In this document: positions 56,101 through 64,000 of the stretch, piece after piece | Position numbering within the stretch: position 1 is the stretch's first letter | How the letters are laid out: the number at the start of each line of letters is the position of its first letter | Translations under genes and position numbers: made by a program | Notes under the pieces: generated by a model | What the model was told of the DNA's origin: nothing | Database searches by the model: none | The model's input: the letters and a program-made list of their open reading frames with translations, nothing else | DNA from: Janthinobacterium lividum | GTDB lineage: Bacteria > Bacteroidota > Bacteroidia > Cytophagales > Hymenobacteraceae | Reading direction: 5' to 3' | Length of the DNA: 64,000 nt | Assembly (NCBI GenBank): GCA_050954765.1 | Contig: JBPBQJ010000057.1 | Coordinates: 27,242 to 91,241, forward strand

Positions 56101-56953
56101 AGTGAAAAACCTTTCGGATGAGGAAAAGGAGAAAAAGAAGCTCCGGAAGTTGGAAATGCAAACTGCCGGCGATGTCGTCAGTTTCGGTCTGGAGCTGCTT
56201 GACCAGGATGGGGAGGCGCGTAAAAAGCACCACTCCTTATATACTGCCTTGGCCGCGGCTAAGATTATTATCGACGGCACGAAGGAAGTGCAGCAGATTT
56301 GGGAGTACTCGGCCGAGAACCCAGCCAACGGGGAGACGATGGGTACTGCCGGCATCATTCTGGGGGGCATCCAAACGGCAGTAGCGATTGCTCGTACGGC
56401 GGTGGCCCTAGGGCAGCTGCGGGGCGGTGGTGGCGGAGGTGGCGATAACACCAGCTACGCCAAGGGCGGCGCCACCGGCACGGGCGCCGGGCTAGCCGTC
56501 TCGCCGATGGGCCAGCTCATGGCCATGTCGGGCATGAGCGTCGGCGCTGGCGGCAAGCTCACCGATGGCTCGGGCTTCGCCGTGGCCGGCGTGGTGCACG
56601 AAGACGAGTACGTAATTCCGAAGTGGCAGCTGGCCGACCCGCAGGTGGCGGCCGTGGCGCAGTGGCTCGAGGCCCGGCGCCTGCGTGGCTTCGCTGATGG
56701 TGGCCCGACTAGCTCGGGCAGCTCCGGGGCCACGCTACCGGTAGCCGCGGCCTCGCCCGCGACCGATGGCGAGCGCACCTACGCCGTGCAGACCCAGATG
56801 CTAGCGGCCCTGCTCAACATGGGCGAGCAGTTGGCCGACGTCAAGCAGTGGCAACGCGAGCTGCAGGTGCGCCTCGACCTGCGGGCCGCCCAGGCCGGCA
56901 TCGACGAGTATAAGCAGGTGCAGCACAACTCAGCCATCAGGAGTAAGGGCTAG
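53156..56953 (+). CDS. Tail tape measure protein
   Basis: 1265 aa Ala-rich coiled coil; GQLSNLGD, ANPIG, GVVHEDEYVIP motifs. Confidence 0.9.
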   Translation: MAQQPKEERVVEILVNGAKANASLKEMAAAAAVLSNQVAKIAADDPKRGELIAQLQTMRQRITDTRAEIGGLLTAEQQLAAANQKLAESQAASVAEQERAIEAGRAGTASFNQLRTAAGLLEKQLHELGADDPGRAALLTDLQTLRGRLEEARTAMAGVIQTEAQQRAAAEALRAQEQALAEAEAQRRQGLVQLVVNGQRVSASMREMREAASQLESELNELGQEDPARGPLIAALQQLRARIHDVQQEVAGVSQTTSTMKSVMTNAFAFAVGGGIEQGIEKVGEMGKSIFTTTAKFETYGKVLSNALGSDSLGQKALADIQKMAANTPISVDALTSSFIKFVNRGLTPSMAELRKLGDLASSQGKDFDQLTEAVLDAGTGEFERLKEFGIGASKAGDQVTFSFKGVNTTVANTPGAIQAAIVAMGAAKGVAGGMALIAQGLDGQLSNLGDTADQTAVEWGQVLRPAFVAVLSTMGFLLGMLKALPGFVKENRGVILALAGALVVLNLEQVKWNLMLLEEAIQNKASIVWKTASAAATDLMAFSWKGLNAAIKANPIGFVIGLLMLLGGALFTAYEKSEKFRAVVNGLGASLKEFVVTAVQGMITALTGLGDVIMGALTLDPERIKKGLQEGFAGAKAMYWEAGKNAAKAYGEGYAEEAKNQDYEANRQYEERRKEFAQRIKDALAKRAKEEAEAAKKNRLEALKNEEAALKERLARVAKDSEAEMRIKQALVTNEASQKLTNDKLTEAERRIVLAEALDKRVNLERDFFEKQAKEREAARKKAAEAALRERLAEIEAERHHQEAKLKLSHAAMLARGDDRVSELSAIYTDGQLKIAALQAASKKEIAQLTGTAAQKKARQLDIEKELAADIALVQDKARKDQQEKLEKWAKEDASLQEKFIDGQVELIEEQAARQQAAFDVMLGAGLESQRRADELKYQARQEAFQKELALIEASLGKESALYKQVYAAMTKDQGDQGKKAVKNLSDEEKEKKKLRKLEMQTAGDVVSFGLELLDQDGEARKKHHSLYTALAAAKIIIDGTKEVQQIWEYSAENPANGETMGTAGIILGGIQTAVAIARTAVALGQLRGGGGGGGDNTSYAKGGATGTGAGLAVSPMGQLMAMSGMSVGAGGKLTDGSGFAVAGVVHEDEYVIPKWQLADPQVAAVAQWLEARRLRGFADGGPTSSGSSGATLPVAAASPATDGERTYAVQTQMLAALLNMGEQLADVKQWQRELQVRLDLRAAQAGIDEYKQVQHNSAIRSKG

Positions 56954-57084
56954 TCCAGAAAACGTCCGTATTCTGGACTAGAAAGCCCTCCAATAATGGG
57001 TTAGAAAAAAAGCCCCGAAAACACGCGTTTTCGGGGCTTTTACGTGGGGTCGGGTTGCCCTCCAATAATCATCCGTTTGTTGGA
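56950..57084. repeat. Candidate res site with embedded terminator
   Basis: CTAGTCCAGAA-N10-TTCTGGACTAG; GCCCTCCAATAAT at 56985 and 57057; hairpin ~57007-57041. Confidence 0.55.
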
Positions 57085-57222
57085 TGCTAGATCTGGTGCA
57101 CTTCCTCATTTTTAAGTGTATATTGCTTGTCACCTATGAGAATCCCACCAGTATTGAACTTCTCTACAATTAGGTAAAGAAAGCAAAAAGCATCACATCG
57201 CTAACTCAATAAAACCATTGTC

Positions 57223-58362
57223 ATGAAAGATAAATTTAATAAATTTTATGAAAATAGTTATATTGATGTGAGTGATAAAAGTACACCTGAGTTAGTAGTG
57301 ACAATAGTAAAAGATATTACAGAAACATTAAATGAAAATATAGATTTTGTAACTAATATATATGAAAATAAGCCAAAAATATACATTGGCTTTATAAACA
57401 AGGGCGACATTGGAGCATCGGTGGTCATAGATGAAAATGAATACTACATAGCTATTCACTTTGCGACTTTTTACATATTGCACAGGCTTTTTAATCGTAT
57501 GCTATGTGATCCGCTAATCATGCCTGAAATAGGGAATATATCAAAGGAGGTAGCTAAACCGACTTATAATCCTAATACTTTACATGCACAACACGTGCAT
57601 CTAGGAATTGACGCTGACGAGGCATTTCCCGTTGATCAACACCGAAGGGATATAGCTACTTTTTTAACAGCTCTAGCATTGCAGTTTATATGTATGCATG
57701 AGATAGGTCACATTGCAAATGGACATCTTCTCTTTAAGAAGAGCATAAATGGCCAGCTAAAATGGCTTGAATTAACATTGAGTGATGTAGATGAAAGGGT
57801 TATAAGTCCAATACATTCTCAAGTATTAGAGTGGGACGCTGATCGCTTTGCATTACTACAAAGTTTTGCATTAATTATGCGGGGCCATGACAATAACACA
57901 CTATTTGGGGAGCGTCGTGTCGAGGTTTTTAAAGATCTGAAAAGTGTAATACATCTTTGGTATTTTGCAATTAGGTCTACTTTTAGATTGTTCGGATTCA
58001 AAAGCCATGATATTGAGCGCCTTAAAGAATATAGTCACCCCCCTTCTGGTTTGAGGTCTCATATGTTGTCAGCAGCTATGTATTATATTATTCATAACCA
58101 TCAAGGTTTTAAGAGATTTGACGAATTATTTAAAAAGGAAATTAATGACATTATTGGTAAAGCATCTATTGATGTAGAATTGTCATTTATGAAGATAAGT
58201 CTTAGTAAAGAAGCAGTGAACGAAGGAAGAGATGCTATGCTATTTGGCATGGAGCAAGGGGAACACAATCGGCTGCTATTATCCACTTGGAATGAAGTCA
58301 GAGCACTAATTCAGCCTTATGCAATGAGGTCACTTCCACCCGAAATAACTTCTATAGGATAA
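57223..58362 (+). CDS. HEXXH zinc metallopeptidase, Lit/peptidase U49-like
   Basis: MHEIGHIANGH, EWDADRFA, SHPP motifs; very AT-rich; no signal peptide. Confidence 0.65.
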   Translation: MKDKFNKFYENSYIDVSDKSTPELVVTIVKDITETLNENIDFVTNIYENKPKIYIGFINKGDIGASVVIDENEYYIAIHFATFYILHRLFNRMLCDPLIMPEIGNISKEVAKPTYNPNTLHAQHVHLGIDADEAFPVDQHRRDIATFLTALALQFICMHEIGHIANGHLLFKKSINGQLKWLELTLSDVDERVISPIHSQVLEWDADRFALLQSFALIMRGHDNNTLFGERRVEVFKDLKSVIHLWYFAIRSTFRLFGFKSHDIERLKEYSHPPSGLRSHMLSAAMYYIIHNHQGFKRFDELFKKEINDIIGKASIDVELSFMKISLSKEAVNEGRDAMLFGMEQGEHNRLLLSTWNEVRALIQPYAMRSLPPEITSIG

Positions 58363-58426
58363 TTTGTGCTATTAGATCTGACTAAAGAATATGAATCATG
58401 TCGGTTTAGTAAGCAATGTTACGAGT

Positions 58427-59005
58427 ATGCGAGTCGCTATCTATGCCCGCGTCTCTACTAAGGACAAAGGCCAGACTACCGAAAATCAAATGCTCGACTT
58501 ACGCAGGTACGCGCTTATCCAAAACTGGACTACTTATAAGGAATACATAGAGGAGGAGTCAGGCGGCACAGCCAGCCGCAGTCAGTTTCAGCAGCTCTTT
58601 AAAGATGCTCACCAGCGCCGCTTCGATATGGTGCTATTCTGGAGCCTCGACCGCTTCAGTCGTGAGGGTGCCCTGCCCACGCTGCAGCACCTGAATATGC
58701 TGGAGAGCTACGGCGTCGGCTTCAAATCCTACACCGAGCAGTACCTGGACTCGACTGGAATTTTCAAAGATGCCGTGATATCCATCCTAGCCAGCATCGC
58801 CAAGCAGGAACGTGTGCGTCTGAGTGAGCGCACCCGTGCGGGGCTAGCCCGCACGCTGGCCAAGGGCACGAAGCTCGGCCCGCCTGTCAAGAGCCAGGAC
58901 GACATTGAGCAGATTCGCCGACTCAAGGGCGGGGGCATGTCTAATGCGGCCATCGGCAAGGTGCTGAAGATGTCGGCCAGCACGGTGGCCAAGTATTTGA
59001 CCTAA
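58427..59005 (+). CDS. Small serine recombinase (resolvase/invertase)
   Basis: YARVST, SLDRFSR, ERTRAGL, C-terminal HTH. Confidence 0.92.
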   Translation: MRVAIYARVSTKDKGQTTENQMLDLRRYALIQNWTTYKEYIEEESGGTASRSQFQQLFKDAHQRRFDMVLFWSLDRFSREGALPTLQHLNMLESYGVGFKSYTEQYLDSTGIFKDAVISILASIAKQERVRLSERTRAGLARTLAKGTKLGPPVKSQDDIEQIRRLKGGGMSNAAIGKVLKMSASTVAKYLT

Positions 59006-59036
59006 TCAGAGGTTATTCCAGACTAATGCTATTATA

Positions 59037-59777
59037 CTACAGGAGTTGTTGAGCATCAATAAAATGCAGGAATTTAGAGCCCAAATTAGTTAGGTTGAGG
59101 CGTGGCAGGGTATTAGAGCCAGAATGAGTAGTTCTAACTGATACCTGCTCAACATCACCGTCTGATATTATGAAGTTGTCACTCACTACTAGTAGGCCGG
59201 CCTGATGCAGGTCTTCAAGGAAAGCTAGGAAAGCTGTTTCATCCACAGTTAAAGTTATTGGGTCACCTGTTTCTGATAGCTTTTTATATAATTTATCAGC
59301 TGAGGCAAGCCTCACTGTATGTTGCTTAATTCTATTTATCGATGACAAAAGGGCTATGTGAGACGGAGAAAATCTATCCACTAGCCCCAAATAAAGTTGC
59401 TTAGAATCAAAGTTGACGCTCGATGAAGTCGCAGCTATCAATGCATTTTTGAGTAAAAGCTGTTTAGACCGCAAGTGGGTTTTTGTGGCTGCTTGGGTGG
59501 CTTGAATTAATAGTGTAATAAATTCCTCATTATCGCGCAAATCGTCAATACTAAAGCCTTTGCGACTCTGAAGCTCTTTAATAGCTTCAGCCACAGTTAG
59601 CATCCACTGCTCACGGCGTTTCTCAAGCGAGGGAGTTACCATGAACTTGAATAGTTCTCCAGCTCCAGTAAATGGAATAAGCCCTAGGATAGTGGATAAG
59701 GCAATGTGCGCTACATCTTCACCATCGGCTTGTGGAATGTCTAGGGAGTTGTCGGGCGTTTTTATTAAATCATCCAT
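59037..59777 (-). CDS. AT-rich hypothetical protein, Abi-alpha/DUF4393-like
   Basis: N-terminal amphipathic LGLIPFTGAGELF; C-terminal wHTH-like LTNLGSKFLHFI. Confidence 0.45.
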   Translation of the reverse strand: MDDLIKTPDNSLDIPQADGEDVAHIALSTILGLIPFTGAGELFKFMVTPSLEKRREQWMLTVAEAIKELQSRKGFSIDDLRDNEEFITLLIQATQAATKTHLRSKQLLLKNALIAATSSSVNFDSKQLYLGLVDRFSPSHIALLSSINRIKQHTVRLASADKLYKKLSETGDPITLTVDETAFLAFLEDLHQAGLLVVSDNFIISDGDVEQVSVRTTHSGSNTLPRLNLTNLGSKFLHFIDAQQLL

Positions 59778-59896
59778 TCGTAAAACTACGCTTGTTAGCC
59801 TGTAAGCAGGTAGAATTTCTGTCCTTTTTGTGGTGTGGTTGACCGTGAATCTTTGAATCCCATTCAAGGACCTAAGTTTTCACCAACCCCAATTCA

Positions 59897-60583
59897 ATGA
59901 GACGTTTGCTTATCCTCGCCCTCGGGGCGAGTGCTCTGCTAGCCACCACTAGCGCTGAAGCCCACAGCCACCCGCGTTTGCCGAAAGGTCCGGCGCACTC
60001 GGTGGCCCACACCCTCCACGTCGCGCCCGACTCGCTGGTGGCGCCAGCTAGCCTCACCACTGGCCCCACGTTCCACGCCAGCTACTCGGCGCCGCACGTA
60101 TCGAGCGGTGGCTTTCACAGCATGCCGACCTATCGCTCGTTCTCAGCTACGCCATCGCGTACCTACAACTTCAGCCGCGCCAGCTCACCGAGCATCAGCA
60201 CGCGGCCGGCCACCACGTTGACCCCACGCACTTATACTTATAATATATCCGGCGTACCGCGCCCGAAGACCTATACCCCAGCGCCTAGTAGCCAGCCCGC
60301 TGAGGTGCACCACTATCATAACAGTGGCGGTGGTGGCCCCAGTGTTACCGACATGATTCTGCTCAATGCGGCGCTGAATAGCAATCGTCAAAATCAGGGC
60401 ACTAGTACACCAGATACTGGTACAGGCCGGTTCGTGTCAGACAACGAGAATTATTCGCCTGCGCAGGCCGATAAACCTGACGATGGCCTATCCGGCTGGC
60501 AAATCTTCGGCACTGTGCTAGTAGTCGGTGGAATTATATATGGCGGCTATCGCTACGTCACCCAGACTAAAACTGGCACCTAA
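59897..60583 (+). CDS. Exported Ser/Thr/Pro-rich protein with C-terminal TM anchor
   Basis: Signal peptide ending AEA; low-complexity middle; TM near C-terminus; preceded by late motif at 59820. Confidence 0.65.
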   Translation: MRRLLILALGASALLATTSAEAHSHPRLPKGPAHSVAHTLHVAPDSLVAPASLTTGPTFHASYSAPHVSSGGFHSMPTYRSFSATPSRTYNFSRASSPSISTRPATTLTPRTYTYNISGVPRPKTYTPAPSSQPAEVHHYHNSGGGGPSVTDMILLNAALNSNRQNQGTSTPDTGTGRFVSDNENYSPAQADKPDDGLSGWQIFGTVLVVGGIIYGGYRYVTQTKTGT

Positions 60584-60592
60584 ACTGGCACC
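60569..60592. repeat. Integrase arm-type site pair
   Basis: Identical 24-mer to 13549-13572. Confidence 0.8.
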
Positions 60593-60602
60593 CTTATAAA
60601 AG

Positions 60603-60636
60603 AAAAATGCCCTCACGGCGCTGTGAGGGCATTTTT
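60603..60636. terminator. Phage-supplied terminator downstream of the tRNA
   Basis: AAAAATGCCCTCACGG-cg-CTGTGAGGGCATTTTT. Confidence 0.8.
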
Positions 60637-60652
60637 TGTGGTCTCGTTAGGA
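60637..60652. repeat. attR core
   Basis: TGTGGTCTCGTTAGGA, overlapping the tRNA 3' end. Confidence 0.93.
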
Positions 60653-60710
60653 ATCGAACCTAAATCTAGAGCTTCGGAGGCTCCTATACTATCCGTTGTA
60701 CTACGAGACC
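60639..60710 (-). tRNA. tRNA-Arg(CCG)
   Basis: GGTCTCG/CGAGACC acceptor stem, GGAGC-CT-CCG-AA-GCTCT anticodon arm, GGTTCGATTCC T arm. Confidence 0.95.
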
Positions 60711-60853
60711 CGGTGCGGGCTGCAAAAGTAGCGATAAAAGCCGGCGCGGCCAAACCCAGCGCCAGTATTTCGATGGAAAGGATTAGCCCAGACACAACCC
60801 TGCAGGGCAAAAATCGGTTAGCTAAACCTGAACCTGACAATTTTCATTTCCAC

Positions 60854-61333
60854 ATGGAATCTACTAAAAAAACCCTCTACACGGCCGATGCTACGGCTGT
60901 GGGTGGCCGCAGCGGCCACGTGCGCTCGGCTACGGGCATCATCGACCTCGATATGTCGGTGCCCGAAGGGCTAGGCGGCAAAAAAGGCTCTACCAACCCC
61001 GAGGAGCTATTCGCGGCCGGTTATTCGTCGTGCTTTCAGCAGGCGCTGCTCGTTATTGCCCAGCGTGCCGGCGATAAGCTCGACCCCAATACGGAGGTAA
61101 AGTGCTCGGTATCGTTGTTTCAGGAAGGCGAAGGTTATGGCTTGAGCGCCGTGCTGGACATTGACTTGAAGTCGTTTGACCGGACCAAAACGATTGAAAT
61201 GGTGCGTCAAGCCCATAAAATCTGCCCGTACTCGGTGGGTACCCGGGGCAATATGGAAGTTGAGTTGAAGGTACAGGGCGAAGCAGTGCCCGTGCAAGCG
61301 GAAGAAAATGCTGGCATAGCCGAAGGCAAATAA
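60854..61333 (+). CDS. ohr: Organic hydroperoxide resistance protein (Ohr/OsmC family)
   Basis: GGRSG, TNPEELFAAGYSSCF, AHKICPYS. Confidence 0.92.
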   Translation: MESTKKTLYTADATAVGGRSGHVRSATGIIDLDMSVPEGLGGKKGSTNPEELFAAGYSSCFQQALLVIAQRAGDKLDPNTEVKCSVSLFQEGEGYGLSAVLDIDLKSFDRTKTIEMVRQAHKICPYSVGTRGNMEVELKVQGEAVPVQAEENAGIAEGK

Positions 61334-61537
61334 GCAGCGCGTTGCGCTCGTAGTGAAGGGCCTACTTGCGTTAGCAAGTAGGCCTTTTTTAGTAGGTGAA
61401 AGGACTTAATGAAGAAGTGGATAGTGGCCACCGAAGCTGGGTGCACCTTTTGACAAGAGCATGCGTAAGAGGTCCGCTACCTTTGGAAAAATGGCTGCCA
61501 AAAGCCACCTAGTGCTCCTGTTTATACTTAATTACTT

Positions 61538-62074
61538 ATGAAAAAATTTCTCCTCATCTTGGGCGCTGCTGCTGCCCTAGCCTCTTGCCGCGAGGCCAGC
61601 ACTGCGGTGCAGAGCAAACCGTCGGCTGCCGGGGAGGCGAAAGTGCTGCGCTTCGATACCACTTTTGTGAAGGCGAGTGGCTCGCGTACCTACCCGCATA
61701 CCTACACCGGTAGCATGCTAGTGGGCCAGACCAAAAAAGTAACGGTGCCCGTGCAGATAGACTGGACCACGGTGGAGCAGGCCGGTTGCCCGCAGGTAGC
61801 CAGCGTGCGGGTATACCAGCTCAACGGCAGCGACCGCCGCACGACTCTCACGGCCAAGGCCATGCGCGATGCCGTGTGCAAGCCCGGCGCTCAGCCGGCT
61901 GACGGCAAGCGTCCCACGAGCAGCGCCACGGCCTACACCGGCGCGGCTTACCTTAAGCTAACGGGCGAGGCCCGCGAAATCCACCGTACCACGTCCGTCA
62001 CGTTTACGCTCAATGGCCTGGGCTATCACGACACCCTCGATGGCGACTCGACCGCTACCAGCAGTGTGCAGTAG
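61538..62074 (+). CDS. Lipoprotein of unknown function
   Basis: MKK + hydrophobic stretch + LASC lipobox. Confidence 0.75.
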   Translation: MKKFLLILGAAAALASCREASTAVQSKPSAAGEAKVLRFDTTFVKASGSRTYPHTYTGSMLVGQTKKVTVPVQIDWTTVEQAGCPQVASVRVYQLNGSDRRTTLTAKAMRDAVCKPGAQPADGKRPTSSATAYTGAAYLKLTGEAREIHRTTSVTFTLNGLGYHDTLDGDSTATSSVQ

Positions 62075-62154
62075 TACCGCCGCTTGGCTATTTAAAACAG
62101 AAAAAGCCCCGACTATTATTAGTCGGGGCTTTTTTATGAAATCATCAGCGTGAA

Positions 62155-62421
62155 TTAATTCAGGTAAATGCGGTGCGTGAGCTCGAAGCGGTGCGGCGCA
62201 AAGGCATTGTAGTAGGGGGCCGGGCCGTCGAAGGTGAGCACGTGTATCAGCGGGATGCCTTCGAGGCGGCTTTCTACTACACGCACGGGGTAGACCTCGC
62301 CGACCGTGGGCCAGTCGCCGCCGTGGTTGGCGGGCCGGTTGTCGGCATCGACGCAACGGGCATAATCGAGGTAAGGGGCGGCCGTAGTGGCTTCGGCCAG
62401 GGTGTAGCTAGCAACTTCCAT
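62155..62421 (-). CDS. Hypothetical protein
   Basis: TATCTTTG-CCCT-ATG start; 88 aa. Confidence 0.6.
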   Translation of the reverse strand: MEVASYTLAEATTAAPYLDYARCVDADNRPANHGGDWPTVGEVYPVRVVESRLEGIPLIHVLTFDGPAPYYNAFAPHRFELTHRIYLN

Positions 62422-62568
62422 AGGGCAAAGATATGAGGAGCAATTGAATACGAAGTAACGCCGCAAATGTTGGCCAGCAGCCAGGCCGCGAACAGCAGCC
62501 CTAACACCCGCGCCGCGCCAGAAGTTTAGGCTAGTCCGATTTTGGCCAGCGTGGGGCTAGCCCCGGCG

Positions 62569-63066
62569 TTAGTTGGCGGTCCGGGGTAGGGCGTACTGCT
62601 TGCGGTCGAGCACTACGTAGCCGCTTTGCCAATATCGTCCCAGGTGGCGCGGTGTGAGGCTGCCCGAGCCGGGTACCTGGCTAAGAATATCCAGCCGCAG
62701 CGTTTGGCCGTTGAGGCGGTACTCATTCAAAATAATCTTGCTATTCGTCTTAACCAGAAAGTGCTCCTGCACGCGGCCATTGCGGCGGTAGCGCGTCATC
62801 TGCCGCCATTGCAGGCGGGTAGTGGTGGCAGTGCCAGCCTTAGCAGCTATTTCTACCACGCCCCGCATAACCTGCCGCCGTAGGCGGGGCGTGTGCCCAC
62901 TAGTGGAGAAGAATGCGCTTTGGGCCTGCACCTGCTGGCGCAGCTGCGTGGCTTGCAGCAATAGCGTATCGCGCGCGGCGAGCGCCTGGGCGGGGTTTGT
63001 AGTAATCTGGGCCTTAGCGGCCGTAGCGGTTAAGAGGGCCGCCAGCAGCCCTAGTCGGTATAGCAT
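62569..63066 (-). CDS. Secreted hypothetical protein
   Basis: Signal peptide ending AKA-Q. Confidence 0.6.
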   Translation of the reverse strand: MLYRLGLLAALLTATAAKAQITTNPAQALAARDTLLLQATQLRQQVQAQSAFFSTSGHTPRLRRQVMRGVVEIAAKAGTATTTRLQWRQMTRYRRNGRVQEHFLVKTNSKIILNEYRLNGQTLRLDILSQVPGSGSLTPRHLGRYWQSGYVVLDRKQYALPRTAN

Positions 63067-63191
63067 TGCGCAATGGAGCAGTGAAGCACGAAGGTATTTG
63101 CTTACCTAGCCTGCTCAGTGCGGGAAACAAAAAAATAACCGGGTCTTTCTCGGCTGCTACTGAGAAAGACCCGGTTACGTATCGCGCTGCC

Positions 63192-64000
63192 CTAGCTGAA
63201 GCCCAATACCGGGTGTGGCTGGTAGGGCTCTTCCAGCCGCTTTATCTCATCTGCCGAAAGCTTGACGCTCACGGCGGCCACCGCGTCTTCGAGGTGGCCG
63301 GGCTTGCTGGCTCCCACGATGGGCGCCGTGATGACGGGCTTGCTCAGCATCCAGGCCAGGGCTACTTGGGCATTGGGCAAGCCGCGCTCCTGCGCGATTT
63401 CTGTCACGCGGTCGGCTACCGCAAAATCATCGTCGCGGCCGTAAAGGCTCTTGCCGAAAGCATCGGTTTTGGCGCGCTCGGTTTCGTTGCGCTCCTTGCT
63501 GCGGCCACCCGTGAGCAGTCCCCTAGCCAGCGGCGACCACGGAATGACGCCAATGCCCTGGTCCTGGCACAGTGGCAGCATCTCGCGCTCCTCCTCACGG
63601 TACACGAGGTTGTAGTGCGGCTGCATGCTCACGAAGCGCGTCCAGTTGTGCTTATCGGCCAGGTACAGCGCCTGCGCAAACTGCCAGCTGAACATACTGC
63701 TAGCCCCGATGTAGCGCGCCTTGCCGGCCTTCACCACGTCGTGCAGCGCCTCGAGCGTCTCCTCAATCGGCGTGTCGTAGTCCCAGCGGTGAATCTGGTA
63801 GAGGTCCACGTAGTCGGTGCCCAGCCGTTTCAGGCTGGCGTCGATGGCGCTCAGTATGTGCTTGCGCGATAGGCCTTTGTCATTTGGTCCCGGGCCCATC
63901 GGGTTGAAAACTTTGGTCGCTAGCACCACTTCGTCGCGCTTGGCGAAGTCGCGCAGGGCGCGGCCCACCACTTCTTCGCTAGCCCCGTTGCTATACACGT
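63192..64000 (-). CDS. Aldo/keto reductase (5' end outside window)
   Basis: SLKRLGTDYVDLYQIHRWD, GKARYIGAS, IPWSPLARG. Confidence 0.93.
   Translation of the reverse strand, partial: VYSNGASEEVVGRALRDFAKRDEVVLATKVFNPMGPGPNDKGLSRKHILSAIDASLKRLGTDYVDLYQIHRWDYDTPIEETLEALHDVVKAGKARYIGASSMFSWQFAQALYLADKHNWTRFVSMQPHYNLVYREEEREMLPLCQDQGIGVIPWSPLARGLLTGGRSKERNETERAKTDAFGKSLYGRDDDFAVADRVTEIAQERGLPNAQVALAWMLSKPVITAPIVGASKPGHLEDAVAAVSVKLSADEIKRLEEPYQPHPVLGFS

Larger units (their letters stand above)
13424..60652. mobile_element. Temperate prophage (~47.2 kb, likely siphovirus) integrated in tRNA-Arg(CCG)
   Basis: 16-bp att direct repeat at both ends; integrase, repressor, primase, terminase, portal, capsid, tape measure and lysis genes; no sheath gene recognised. 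Confidence 0.95.

Noticed and set aside
60623-60853. N-terminal extension of Ohr in the ORF track
   Set aside because: Overlaps the tRNA; ATG 60854 gives a normal Ohr
1-64000. CRISPR array
   Set aside because: No run of equal repeats with unique spacers; repeats seen are att, arm, promoter or terminator elements

Overview
High-GC Bacteroidota chromosome (Hymenobacter-like; genus inferred from gene content and TAnnTTTG promoters). Most of the window is an apparently complete ~47.2 kb temperate prophage (13424-60652) integrated in the 3' end of tRNA-Arg(CCG), bounded by a 16-bp att core and matching integrase arm-type repeats. It carries a tyrosine integrase, a cI/cro switch, replication genes, a structural module in unusual order with an internal lysis cassette, and two accessory/defence hotspots: cI-OLD-RexAB-like pair-HsdR_N on the left, and res site-Lit-like protease-serine resolvase-Abi-like gene on the right. 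Notable non-coding signals are a bipartite motif (TGTCCTTT ... TTTG, starts exactly 32 nt apart) seen 7 times as a candidate late promoter, several probable leaderless starts, a ~113-nt Y-shaped RNA with its own promoter in the late region, and a cloverleaf RNA before the replication gene. Left of the prophage is an older accessory region: LytS/LytTR system, ECF sigma module with a perfect 65-bp palindrome, orphan res-like site, and a probable decayed PIWI-RE gene. Right of the tRNA are host genes (ohr, aldo/keto reductase). All family calls come from reading motifs by eye; no searches were run.
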